Positions 47,714 through 56,677 of a stretch of 64,000 nt of DNA are shown in pieces; the stretch's first letter is position 1, and each line of letters begins with the position of its first letter. The notes under the pieces were generated by a model. That model ran no database searches, was not told the DNA's origin, and saw nothing but the letters and a program-made list of their open reading frames with translations. The position numbers and the translations under genes were made by a program. The DNA is taken from contig MGGJ01000012.1 in assembly GCA_001792345.1 (NCBI GenBank), positions 6,091 to 70,090 of the forward strand, in the 5' to 3' direction. The stretch is from Candidatus Woesebacteria bacterium RIFCSPHIGHO2_01_FULL_39_32 (lineage in GTDB: Bacteria > Patescibacteriota > Microgenomatia > UBA8517).

Positions 47714-50700
47714 TTACCGCGATGCGGTAAGATCCACTATCCACCAGTTGAAAGTCACGTCAGTTACTGTTGGTAAGTCAAAGCCGACTACAATCTCTCC
47801 ATCTTTCTGCTCTTTTATATAAAGCACGTTATTCTGAGTTGGGGAAGTGGGAGTAACAAACACCAAAGAATTTGATTTAACGTTTGGATTTTTTATTGTT
47901 ACAACACTTGATCTGGAAGGAACTTTGGCGATGCCCGCTGAGGCCTCACTATGATAGATCATATCAGACAATATAGCGGAGGAAGTTGCATTTGGATCAT
48001 CTTTTATTGTAAGTCTATCGGTGGTTACTCCTTTAAACTCTGCAGAACCAGTAGCTGAGACTGATGCGACCTCGTCACCTAAGCTATTTGTTACACTCAA
48101 TAACTTTCCGAAATTTGTCAAATTCTCACTGTCGGCATCAAGCCTTAAACTCTTTGCAGAAAGTGTACCGCCGATTGTGACATCTCCTGCAATTTGTATA
48201 TTTCCAAGTGTGTCAATCTGGACTAAACCTGCCATTAAGTAAAGAGGTTGTGAAGCAGAAGATTGTATTGATAGGGGAGCATTTATGGTGTCAATATTGG
48301 TAGCAAGTAGCTGGTAGCTAGTATCTAGGGAAGATTGAATTACTAAATCAGAACCAACTACTATAGAATGCGTAACTGAGAGAGAATCAATTGCGGCTGT
48401 ATTGGTAACATAAAGATTTTCCAGCGCGAGCTCATTTAGGGATGCACTACCTGTTGCTGATGTCGGCCAACTTTGAGATTCCGCAAGAAGAGTTTGATTT
48501 GCTTCTACTTCGGCTAAAAGTCCTTCAATTTCTTCTCGAGTTAGGGAGTTTTGAGAGACAACCTCGTCAGCAATTACTTTTCCAACTCGTAGTTCGCCTG
48601 CGATTGAGGCCTCATTTGTTTTCAGACTATCGCTTGCTAACTTTCCCGAGAAAGTTGCGCTTCGGGCGCTAATATCACCCTCAGTGTAAACATTTCCGAT
48701 TTCATCTACCGAAGCAACCGTTTTTCCACTAGAGTTTTTGAGAAGTAACTTTCCAAACGATGGTTGATTTGGATCACCAATTTGAATTGCAATATCTTTT
48801 TCTCCATCCAAAGGTTTTATTTCTTTAGTTAGTACTTGGGGAGAAACCAAACCTACTTTTACCAGCATTCTGTCAACTGTACCTTGGAAGGCGGTAAATC
48901 CATCAGTAATTATTTTTGTAAGACCGGAGAGTTTATCAATTAAATTTCCATCTTTGTCAATAAGCTTTTGGTAGCCTTCATTTTGCATATCCTCAGCAAG
49001 TTTTATATCTCCGGAATCAGTGAGAGTCCCTAGTGGTTCAAACCAAGAGTTATTAATAAATACAGTTATTAAATCTTTTCCTGATCCTGGGCTCCATGGT
49101 TCAAGGGCCTGACCTATGACTCTTCCATTACTTTGGGATTTCATTGCAAGGCCAGGTTCCGGACTTGTTGTTAAATAATCCCCAGGAATAATTGGACCAG
49201 AATTTTGAGAGATTTTAACCGGTACGCGACCTGCAAGAGCAATGGGGTATCCTGGGGCCTCTCCAAGTACAATTCCGGGATTAGTTGATACAACTCCAAC
49301 AACTCTTGATTCATAGGCTGAAGCGCTTTTTATGACGTGTTCGGGATTTTCAGGATCAACTTTGACTACCTCTCCAGGTGAAAGAGACTGGATGCTGGGG
49401 AAAAACTCAGCAATATCAACCCCATCGGTATTGTCGCTGTTGTTTGCTGAGGCATCCATCCATCCGAGTAAATTCCAGTTTGTACCGTCGTATATTAAAA
49501 ATAACTGGTCTCCTGTGGCAAAGGCAGTAATGTCGGTCGTTCCACAATTTATATTTGAAGAAGTACAGTCAAGGTCAAAATTTGCAGCAGTGGATATCTC
49601 TATATATATAATTTGCCCCGCTGTACCATTTGTGAAGTTTGTAACTAATCTATTGGTACTATTGTTTTCCAAGAAGTGTGACCCTCCCGCGACAGATGGG
49701 GTAACACTATCGCCAAGTGTTTGTTGTGAATCCAGCGCAAAAGCACCTTGGACTATCATTTGACCCGTTGCGGGAAGGTCAAAGACTATGTCACCCGAAT
49801 TGTAAGTTTTAAGTGTAAGGTTATTACTTTCAAAAGATTCACCGGCACGAACGGTCAAAGGACCGTAGCTGTCAATTGTTGATGCGGTTTGATTAGTAAA
49901 AATTAAATCATATGCTATTGAGACATCTCCTGCGGCTGTGAATTCGTGGGGGAGCGCGGAGGTTATTTTGGCTGTATCAACGCTGAAAAGCTCAGATGAA
50001 TTATCGTAAAGCGCAAAAAGATTTCCGGTTAGGTCTCCATATTGACCAATGTTTACTTTGACCAAATCACCGCTTGCCGTTGCCCATGTTGTTGGAGACC
50101 AGTCAAAAAGTCCCAAGTTTCCTGAGGTTAACGAAGTAGCCGTTGAATTAACTTTAAGAAGCGATCCGGTTGTCCAGGTATTAGAACTTCCCGTATTAAG
50201 ATTAAGCAGTGTACCTGTCGTTAAAGTGGAGGATGTTATACCAAATACATCGCCTGTTGTTGTTACATCAGAAGTTATATCGGCAACTCCACCTGCGGCG
50301 GTTTCAATTCCATAAGCTTGGAAGCTTGCAGAAGCGGTTGCTGTTCCACCGACCAATAAGTCCCATGTGGAGTTTCCAGGAGAAAGCATAACACTGCTTC
50401 CCAATTGCCAGTAATTTGTTCCACTACCCGTATCGTCCGTTCCACAGTCCCATTCAAAATTTGTGTTATCCCATTCTAAAATACCTCCTGCTGCACATCC
50501 TCGAATTAGGGTTAGCTCACCATTTCCGTCGAATTCCAATCCTGATGTAGATGAAGTTGTTGAACCGTCGGCAGCAGTTGTATCAAGGTCGACTTGTAAT
50601 ACGTTGGACGCTACCTCCAGACCACTTCCATTGAAGTCGTTAATGCTATCACCGGATATTACAATAAAATTATCACCCAAACTAATGCCATTGAAAAGTT

Positions 50701-53700
50701 CTGGGTCTGATACGTTTATTGCAGTGGTTGAAGTGTCGGTCGCAGTCGCGGTAATTTCTAAATAATTAGAAATTGTGTTGCCAGTGGTTTCAAGATTTGC
50801 GAGATAAATAAGATTTTCTGTAAGTCCGTTAGCAGCATCGTCAAAATTGTAAACAGTAATACCCTTTTGAGTTCCTCCCGAGCTTGCATTAGTCAATTTA
50901 ACGTTGATCATCTCAACACTATTTGATCCAGTTATGGTATTGGTAATTGCTAGATTTTCTGTCTCGGTTAAGGTAAGCGTTACGTCGTCGTTGAAAGTCG
51001 CACCGCCGGTAAAAGAAAAGTCACTATCAGAGTTATCGTCTGTTGTAAAAGTAAACTGAGTCGCACTAGCAGATCCAAGTGATAAAGCTCTTGCTCCTGC
51101 TGTGCCGATATTTATATTTTGAGCAATAGCATCATTACCTATTGAAATTACTCCGGCAGATGAATTAAGTTCCAATACTCCCGTAGCATCAACTAGTAGT
51201 GTATCTGCTGAAGAGAGAATTAAATCTCCCGCTGAACCTGTTACTGCAATAGTTAGATCTTCCGCATCGGCGTCTGCAGCAACAGAAATATTGCTTGCTC
51301 CCGTTGCTCCTGTTACGTCAATCGATAAGGATGTTAATGCATCAAGAGTAAAGCCTCCAGCTGTTGCATCAAGATTAAGAGCTGACGCTCCGGTTCCTGC
51401 TGAAGACATTGCAATTTCTTGTGCTCCACCTCCTGCTGCTGACAGAGTAAGACTTTGCCCAGAGCCTGTAACTGTGAAGTTAGAAGCGGAAGTTGCATCA
51501 AGTGATATAGCAACGGCATCGGCAGTTATTGAAGTTACGTCGGCACTTCCTAATGCAATTGCTCCTGCACCAGTTGGGTCTATTGTTAATGTTTCCGCAT
51601 CTGATGTTGTGATTAACGCTGATGCATCGTTGTATCCCAGTGTCAAATCAGCAGCTTGAATGAGTCCATTCCTTGTTAAATTAAATACAGTAGTTCCCGA
51701 AGCACTAGCTGAGAGGATATTCTGGTTGGTTCCGGTGTCGTTGAATATTGCCAGAGCCCTGCCTGCACGGGTTCCTGTTACAGTGAATAATCCATGAATA
51801 GCAGATTCGGTAACGGTTCCGATGCCAACTCCCAAAAGAGTAGCACCATTATTCGGGTAGAGGAGGCTATTGGCTTCTGTCCATTTGCTTTCACCCGAGC
51901 CGCCTGTTGTTATCCAGCCGCAGTTTGCCTGGTCTTTGTCACACAAAAGTCTGTCGCCCCAGAAAAGGTCTTCGCCGGCAGTTCCACCTGCTGCTGCAAC
52001 CCCGAGGAGATTAAAGGCATTGGCGTCATTATTTAAGCCTATGGTAGTCCCATATACATCCAGTACATCACCATCTGCAATGATTACATTGCCGCCAGTT
52101 GGATTAAAAGTCAGATCTGTTGTTCCGCCCGTTGTTATTGACCCGACGCCCACAAAATCCAATGAATTAATATCAAGGATGGTTCCTTCAATTGAAATAT
52201 TACCCAAGTTCCCATCGTCATTAATAGTTATTGCACCCGTTGTACCACTTACATCAAATTCGGTTGTATCAACTGCAAATGAATCGCCGCCGTCGCCGAA
52301 GATCATTGCACCACCTGGTGTTAAAGTAAATGCTCCAGTAGTAGTAAATGTTGTACTTGCACCGTCAAAGGCTATATTGGTATCGGCAATTGTTACATCG
52401 CCATTGCTGTCAAGTGCACCGTCAAGATATGTTGTCCCGTCGACCTCCAATGAATCTGTAATGTAAAGATCAGATCCGTCTCCGATTGCAGCACCACCTG
52501 CATCTCCTGTTCCTATGGTATTGTATGCATTGCCATCAGGAGAAGAGTCACCAAAAGAAAACACGCCGTCTGCCGAAAGATTGCCGCTTCTGTCTAAATT
52601 CATGACAGTAGTTCCCGAAGCACTAGCTGAGAGGATATTTTGATCAGTACCAGTATCATCTAATACGACAAGAGCTTTTCCACCCTCCGTTCCAGTTACT
52701 GTAAGATTGCCAATAGAGTCGCCCGCTGTTGTTGAACCAACAAGTACATTGTATGTAGCAGCATCAGGGTATATTACAGAACCTGAAAGGGTCCAGACGT
52801 CGGATCCACTTCCTGCTGAACACACCACTACATTATTACTTCCGTCTATACAAAGACCGTTGCCCGTCGAAGAGGATAAACCGGATATTACAAAGGTGCT
52901 ATCAGCATCTGTTGTAAATGTAATATCTGCAGTCGATTGGGGAGAGAAACTTATAGAAGAATCATCCGAAAAAGTAGCAAAAGGAGTCCCGGTGTCTTGC
53001 AAAACAAAATCTCCTGTACCATCCAGGTCAAAGGTAAAGTTATTGGCCCCTAGGTTAACTTCTGTGGCAGCATCTAAATCAAGTGTATCCTGGAATTCTG
53101 TAAAGTCGAGAATATCGTCCGCAACCGAGATATTTATTTCGTTAGTAGGAGATGCGGTAAGAGTAAAATCGGTACTGAAATCTAGAGTGTCTACATTTGT
53201 ACCGATAGGTGTATCATTAGTTTCGACGTTTATTATTGCGCTAGTTGCTCCTGTGTCGTTGCTACATTCCCACAAATCAGTAGTCTCATTCCATTTAAGA
53301 ATTTGTCCTGTTGCACAACCCTGAAGTAAAGTTAAGCCCGAGGATAAGACCTCAAGTCCTGACGAAGATGAGGTTGTGGATGAAAGCGCATCAGTTGCTG
53401 ATGTTAAATCTATAGTTAATAATCCCGATGAAACTTGTAATCCATTACCTGAAAAGTCGGAGATTGCTTCGGAGTTAACAGTTATACTTCCGGCAAGGGT
53501 TAGATTTCCTGAATTATCGACAGTTAAAAGATCGGTTCCAGTTGAGTTTTCAAAGACCACTAGGTTTGTGCTCTGAGTAGAATTTCCTTGAACTAGAAGC
53601 TGGATTTCATTTGCATCACCGTCAACTGCCAACTTTCCAAGTTCAGTTGTACCTCCAACGGTAACACTGTCGGTCGTATTTGTTAAGTAAACAAAACCTG

Positions 53701-55294
53701 TATCTTGTGTCCATTTTGAAGCACCGGAACCGATTGCGGCATCTAAATCATCCAAAACGTCCTGTACATTTGAAGAGCTGGAATTTGCAAACTCATCAAA
53801 GGTTCCGACTAGTGATGCCCCGGAGTTAGTTGGTCCCGTCCCGGTATCATTAAGTCCAATTGTACCAATAGTTAAATCCTGACCAGAGGCGATTGTTACC
53901 CCGCCTGAATCTGTTGTTAAAGAATCTAAAGTTAGATTCCCAGTTGAAACATCAAAGAAAAATGGCGCAGTAGAATCTGTTCCACCAAAAGCTAAATCGT
54001 CTGTTGTAGAAGTTAAATAGGTGATAGCTCCTCCATCTGTCCAGAGGTTGGTCCCACCAGTTTGATCTACTGCCCAGGTAAAACCGCTGGTTGACGAATT
54101 GTAAGTTAATACATATGCATTAGTAGGGGAGTTTGATACATTTAGATCTACTTCTTTGATTGTATCGTCTATTATTTCTGAAGACTCTATGGAAGTTCCG
54201 AGGGTGGTTTGCAAACTACCTGAAGAAACCTGTAGACCAGTTCCGGTTAAGTCATTTACGGAATCGCTTCCTACAACAAGGGAGCCGTCTAACTCCAGGT
54301 CGCCAGTAACAAAAAGATCATCTCCTAATAGGTCAATGGTGCTTTGTGTTCCAGTACCTATTTTTACCCCGCCACCACCAGGATCAATTGTCAAATCATC
54401 TCCCGAGGAAAGTGTGTTACCAGATAGATTTAATGTTCCTGCAATGTCGTTCGTATTTCCATTTACATCGATTGAGTTTTCTATAGTAGTAGTTCCGGAT
54501 GTTGCTCCGATTGTGATGTCAGTTGCAGCACCCCCAATATTAAGTGTACTTACACCTGAATTGACAAAATTAAAGTCAGTTGAAGTACTGGTGATATCAC
54601 CTCCGTTTGCGTCTATGTTTCCCAAAAAGCTCGCGTCTTCTTGAAATTCGCTTTCTATAAAAACTTTGAATGAAATATTTTGGAAGGAAGTTGCGGCGAG
54701 AACCACAGCCTCCTTATCTTGTATCTCTTCTTTCAACTGGTCAATTCCACTCTTTTCGGTTTTTTCTGAAGGTAAAAATAAAGAGATTCTTTCTTTAATA
54801 CTGTTAACAGGTTCAGGAAGTTTAATATTTGTGTTCGAGATTACTTTGGTCAGAGGATTCAAAAGCAAAAGAATTAATCCAAAAGTTGTAAAAGTCAAAA
54901 ATATTTTTTTAGAGGATTTCGGTATCGATTTGTAAATAGGGGAAAGGCTGAAGCTTTCCTTTTGGGTATTTGTCTCTAGAGTTTTAGGGGTCAAAGTTTC
55001 TGTTGACTCTGGTGGTATTTTTATCTCCGCATCCAACGGAAAAAGGCGCGAATAATCTAAGGCAGACTTTCTTTTTAGAGAATTCTTTTTAAATTCTTTT
55101 AGATAGGGAAGTAGGTAACGTCGGTGACCACCTGATGTTCTTATTGCTGACAACCTTCCACTTTTCTCCCATCGTCTAAGGGTCTTTCCTGATACCGAAA
55201 GGTATTCAGAAGCTTGTTTTATGGTTAGAAGATTTTGGGCAGACATTTTATATTTTATTTGGGTATTTAAATTTTGGACATGGATATTGGACAA
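47714..55294 (-). CDS. Giant (2526 aa) surface protein: cytoplasmic excisionase/MerR-like HTH, TM anchor, then ~2350-aa Gly/Thr/Ser/Asp-rich repetitive extracellular region (beta-helix/fibre-like)
   Basis: N-terminus LTIKQASEYLSVSGKTLRRWEKSGRLSAIRTSGGHRRYL (HTH). TM FLTFTTFGLILLLLNPL. Long low-complexity repeats (TGTG..., GGT..., LTLD...). An alternative start at the internal Met (55246) aligns with paralog 777..1316. Confidence 0.7.
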   Translation of the reverse strand: MSNIHVQNLNTQIKYKMSAQNLLTIKQASEYLSVSGKTLRRWEKSGRLSAIRTSGGHRRYLLPYLKEFKKNSLKRKSALDYSRLFPLDAEIKIPPESTETLTPKTLETNTQKESFSLSPIYKSIPKSSKKIFLTFTTFGLILLLLNPLTKVISNTNIKLPEPVNSIKERISLFLPSEKTEKSGIDQLKEEIQDKEAVVLAATSFQNISFKVFIESEFQEDASFLGNIDANGGDITSTSTDFNFVNSGVSTLNIGGAATDITIGATSGTTTIENSIDVNGNTNDIAGTLNLSGNTLSSGDDLTIDPGGGGVKIGTGTQSTIDLLGDDLFVTGDLELDGSLVVGSDSVNDLTGTGLQVSSGSLQTTLGTSIESSEIIDDTIKEVDLNVSNSPTNAYVLTYNSSTSGFTWAVDQTGGTNLWTDGGAITYLTSTTDDLAFGGTDSTAPFFFDVSTGNLTLDSLTTDSGGVTIASGQDLTIGTIGLNDTGTGPTNSGASLVGTFDEFANSSSSNVQDVLDDLDAAIGSGASKWTQDTGFVYLTNTTDSVTVGGTTELGKLAVDGDANEIQLLVQGNSTQSTNLVVFENSTGTDLLTVDNSGNLTLAGSITVNSEAISDFSGNGLQVSSGLLTIDLTSATDALSSTTSSSSGLEVLSSGLTLLQGCATGQILKWNETTDLWECSNDTGATSAIINVETNDTPIGTNVDTLDFSTDFTLTASPTNEINISVADDILDFTEFQDTLDLDAATEVNLGANNFTFDLDGTGDFVLQDTGTPFATFSDDSSISFSPQSTADITFTTDADSTFVISGLSSSTGNGLCIDGSNNVVVCSAGSGSDVWTLSGSVIYPDAATYNVLVGSTTAGDSIGNLTVTGTEGGKALVVLDDTGTDQNILSASASGTTVMNLDRSGNLSADGVFSFGDSSPDGNAYNTIGTGDAGGAAIGDGSDLYITDSLEVDGTTYLDGALDSNGDVTIADTNIAFDGASTTFTTTGAFTLTPGGAMIFGDGGDSFAVDTTEFDVSGTTGAITINDDGNLGNISIEGTILDINSLDFVGVGSITTGGTTDLTFNPTGGNVIIADGDVLDVYGTTIGLNNDANAFNLLGVAAAGGTAGEDLFWGDRLLCDKDQANCGWITTGGSGESKWTEANSLLYPNNGATLLGVGIGTVTESAIHGLFTVTGTRAGRALAIFNDTGTNQNILSASASGTTVFNLTRNGLIQAADLTLGYNDASALITTSDAETLTIDPTGAGAIALGSADVTSITADAVAISLDATSASNFTVTGSGQSLTLSAAGGGAQEIAMSSAGTGASALNLDATAGGFTLDALTSLSIDVTGATGASNISVAADADAEDLTIAVTGSAGDLILSSADTLLVDATGVLELNSSAGVISIGNDAIAQNINIGTAGARALSLGSASATQFTFTTDDNSDSDFSFTGGATFNDDVTLTLTETENLAITNTITGSNSVEMINVKLTNASSGGTQKGITVYNFDDAANGLTENLIYLANLETTGNTISNYLEITATATDTSTTAINVSDPELFNGISLGDNFIVISGDSINDFNGSGLEVASNVLQVDLDTTAADGSTTSSTSGLEFDGNGELTLIRGCAAGGILEWDNTNFEWDCGTDDTGSGTNYWQLGSSVMLSPGNSTWDLLVGGTATASASFQAYGIETAAGGVADITSDVTTTGDVFGITSSTLTTGTLLNLNTGSSNTWTTGSLLKVNSTATSLTSGNLGLFDWSPTTWATASGDLVKVNIGQYGDLTGNLFALYDNSSELFSVDTAKITSALPHEFTAAGDVSIAYDLIFTNQTASTIDSYGPLTVRAGESFESNNLTLKTYNSGDIVFDLPATGQMIVQGAFALDSQQTLGDSVTPSVAGGSHFLENNSTNRLVTNFTNGTAGQIIYIEISTAANFDLDCTSSNINCGTTDITAFATGDQLFLIYDGTNWNLLGWMDASANNSDNTDGVDIAEFFPSIQSLSPGEVVKVDPENPEHVIKSASAYESRVVGVVSTNPGIVLGEAPGYPIALAGRVPVKISQNSGPIIPGDYLTTSPEPGLAMKSQSNGRVIGQALEPWSPGSGKDLITVFINNSWFEPLGTLTDSGDIKLAEDMQNEGYQKLIDKDGNLIDKLSGLTKIITDGFTAFQGTVDRMLVKVGLVSPQVLTKEIKPLDGEKDIAIQIGDPNQPSFGKLLLKNSSGKTVASVDEIGNVYTEGDISARSATFSGKLASDSLKTNEASIAGELRVGKVIADEVVSQNSLTREEIEGLLAEVEANQTLLAESQSWPTSATGSASLNELALENLYVTNTAAIDSLSVTHSIVVGSDLVIQSSLDTSYQLLATNIDTINAPLSIQSSASQPLYLMAGLVQIDTLGNIQIAGDVTIGGTLSAKSLRLDADSENLTNFGKLLSVTNSLGDEVASVSATGSAEFKGVTTDRLTIKDDPNATSSAILSDMIYHSEASAGIAKVPSRSSVVTIKNPNVKSNSLVFVTPTSPTQNNVLYIKEQKDGEIVVGFDLPTVTDVTFNWWIVDLTASR

Positions 55295-55310
55295 TTAGAT
55301 TCAAAATGGG

Positions 55311-55347
55311 TATATTCATTACCACACATTTAGGGTTACTTTGTCAA
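55311..55347 (-). promoter_or_regulatory. Candidate promoter of the giant gene (minus-strand TTGACA-N17-TGGTAATGA)
   Basis: Reverse complement of 55311-55347 reads cTTGACAaagtaaccctaaatgtgTGGTAATGA. Confidence 0.25.
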
Positions 55348-55830
55348 GTAGATTTTTTCTTTTATATATAGTTGTCAGAGAACCAGAATACTCAGAAAAC
55401 TAGGAGAACTTAGGGAATCAGAAATCCAGGTGACCAGAAAGCCTGAAACCTGTAATTGTAGGGTTTATTTAGTTTCGGATACTCCAGTATTCTAAGTTAT
55501 CTGGTACCCCGTTTTATTAGAATCTAAGAATTTAGCTTCAGACCTCTACAATTAGGTATAAAAAGCAAACACTTAATATTTCCGTAAAATAAACGCAAGC
55601 AAATTGGAGAACGAAAAAAAAGAATATATTATTATTTTGCGGTAAAAAGCGGAGAATATAGTAAGTAAATTTTTACTATGCTTTTAATTGCGGAGATTAT
55701 TTAGGAAATCTTTTAAAATATAAACAAATCTATGTAATCTTATATCAATAAATTTAATGGACAATAATTCTGTTTGAGTTAAAACAATATTTTATATCAT
55801 CGGTTTGTATTTTTTAAAAAAACAAACCTA

Positions 55831-55859
55831 TTGATTTTTAGAATTTATATCTCTAGTAT
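55831..55859 (+). promoter_or_regulatory. Candidate promoter TTGATT-N17-TAGTAT upstream of 55907 gene/atp cluster
   Basis: Hexamers with 17-nt spacing, ~45 nt upstream of the start codon. Confidence 0.3.
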
Positions 55860-55906
55860 AAAAAGTAATAATATTCACTTTTTTAGATTAAACTTATGAT
55901 CGTAAT

Positions 55907-56674
55907 ATGAAGCTCAGAACCTGTCTTTTATTATCTTTATTTATTTTACTCTTTTCAGTTAAATTATCTTCTGCACAGATAACATCTTCCGGAATAGCCG
56001 TATCCACTCCTGTGACTGATCCTGATGCACAAGACGGTGACATTATTTGTACGTATCAATCTGGAAATGCGCGATGCAATAAGGAGTACGATACTGCAAT
56101 TTATGGTGTAATTAGTGATAGTCCTGCGGCTGCAATTGAAGATGAAGATTTGCAAAATTCAAGACTAGTAATTTCATCAGGAGTGTCTACGGTTAGAGTT
56201 TCAAGTGCAAATGGAGACATATCTGAAGGTGATTTTATTACAACTTCTCAGCGTTCCGGGATTGGGGTGAAGGCTGATAGAAATGGGTACGTTTTGGGAA
56301 TGGCCTTGGAAAACTATGAGTCGGGGGACACGAATGCTATAGGTAGGATACAGGTGATGGTGAATATACATCCTACAGGTTCTCTTACAGGTTCTCGCGG
56401 AAACCTTTTACAATTTATACGCGAGGGTCTCGCTGTTCCAGTATTCGATCCGGTTGAGTCTTTAAGATATATCTTGGCTGTTGCAATTGTACTCATATCA
56501 TTCACTTTGGGAATGATATATTTCGGGCGAGCCTCAAGAGCGGGTATTGAAGCAATCGGTAGGAACCCTCTAGCTAAAAAAGTGATACAGTTAACAGTAT
56601 TTTTAAATATTACGTTAACAATTGTTATAGTAATGGTGGGGTTAGGTCTTGCCTACCTTATTCTAATTTTCTAA
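55907..56674 (+). CDS. Chimeric protein: signal peptide, ~185-aa extracytoplasmic domain, C-terminal two-helix hairpin resembling F/V-ATPase subunit c but lacking the carboxylate
   Basis: The C-terminal 70 aa (ILAVAIVLISFTLGMIYFGRASRAGIEAIGRNPLAKKVIQLTVFLNITLTIVIVMVGLGLAYLILIF) align with c-subunit features: a Gly-containing TM1, the R-N/Q-P polar loop, and VGLGL in TM2. The Asp/Glu position in TM2 is occupied by Leu/Thr. Confidence 0.55.
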   Translation: MKLRTCLLLSLFILLFSVKLSSAQITSSGIAVSTPVTDPDAQDGDIICTYQSGNARCNKEYDTAIYGVISDSPAAAIEDEDLQNSRLVISSGVSTVRVSSANGDISEGDFITTSQRSGIGVKADRNGYVLGMALENYESGDTNAIGRIQVMVNIHPTGSLTGSRGNLLQFIREGLAVPVFDPVESLRYILAVAIVLISFTLGMIYFGRASRAGIEAIGRNPLAKKVIQLTVFLNITLTIVIVMVGLGLAYLILIF

Positions 56675-56677
56675 ATT

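Larger units (their letters stand above)
46708..47714. repeat. Four copies of a ~27-bp repeat GTATAAGTCTTATAWGTCATATACGAC with internal palindrome TATAAGtCTTATA, at 46708-46741, 46903-46945, 47282-47311, 47688-47714
   Basis: Direct reading. Three copies overlap minus-strand start codons (LamG gene, 47304, 47706), but in different reading frames. Confidence 0.55.

Noticed and set aside
48021-54935. Numerous 60-200-aa + strand ORFs (e.g. 49332..49763, 51870..52466, 52707..53324, 54156..54644)
   Set aside because: All lie antisense inside the 2526-aa minus-strand gene. Their Pro/Ser/Val-rich low-complexity translations are what antisense frames of a Gly/Thr-rich gene produce.
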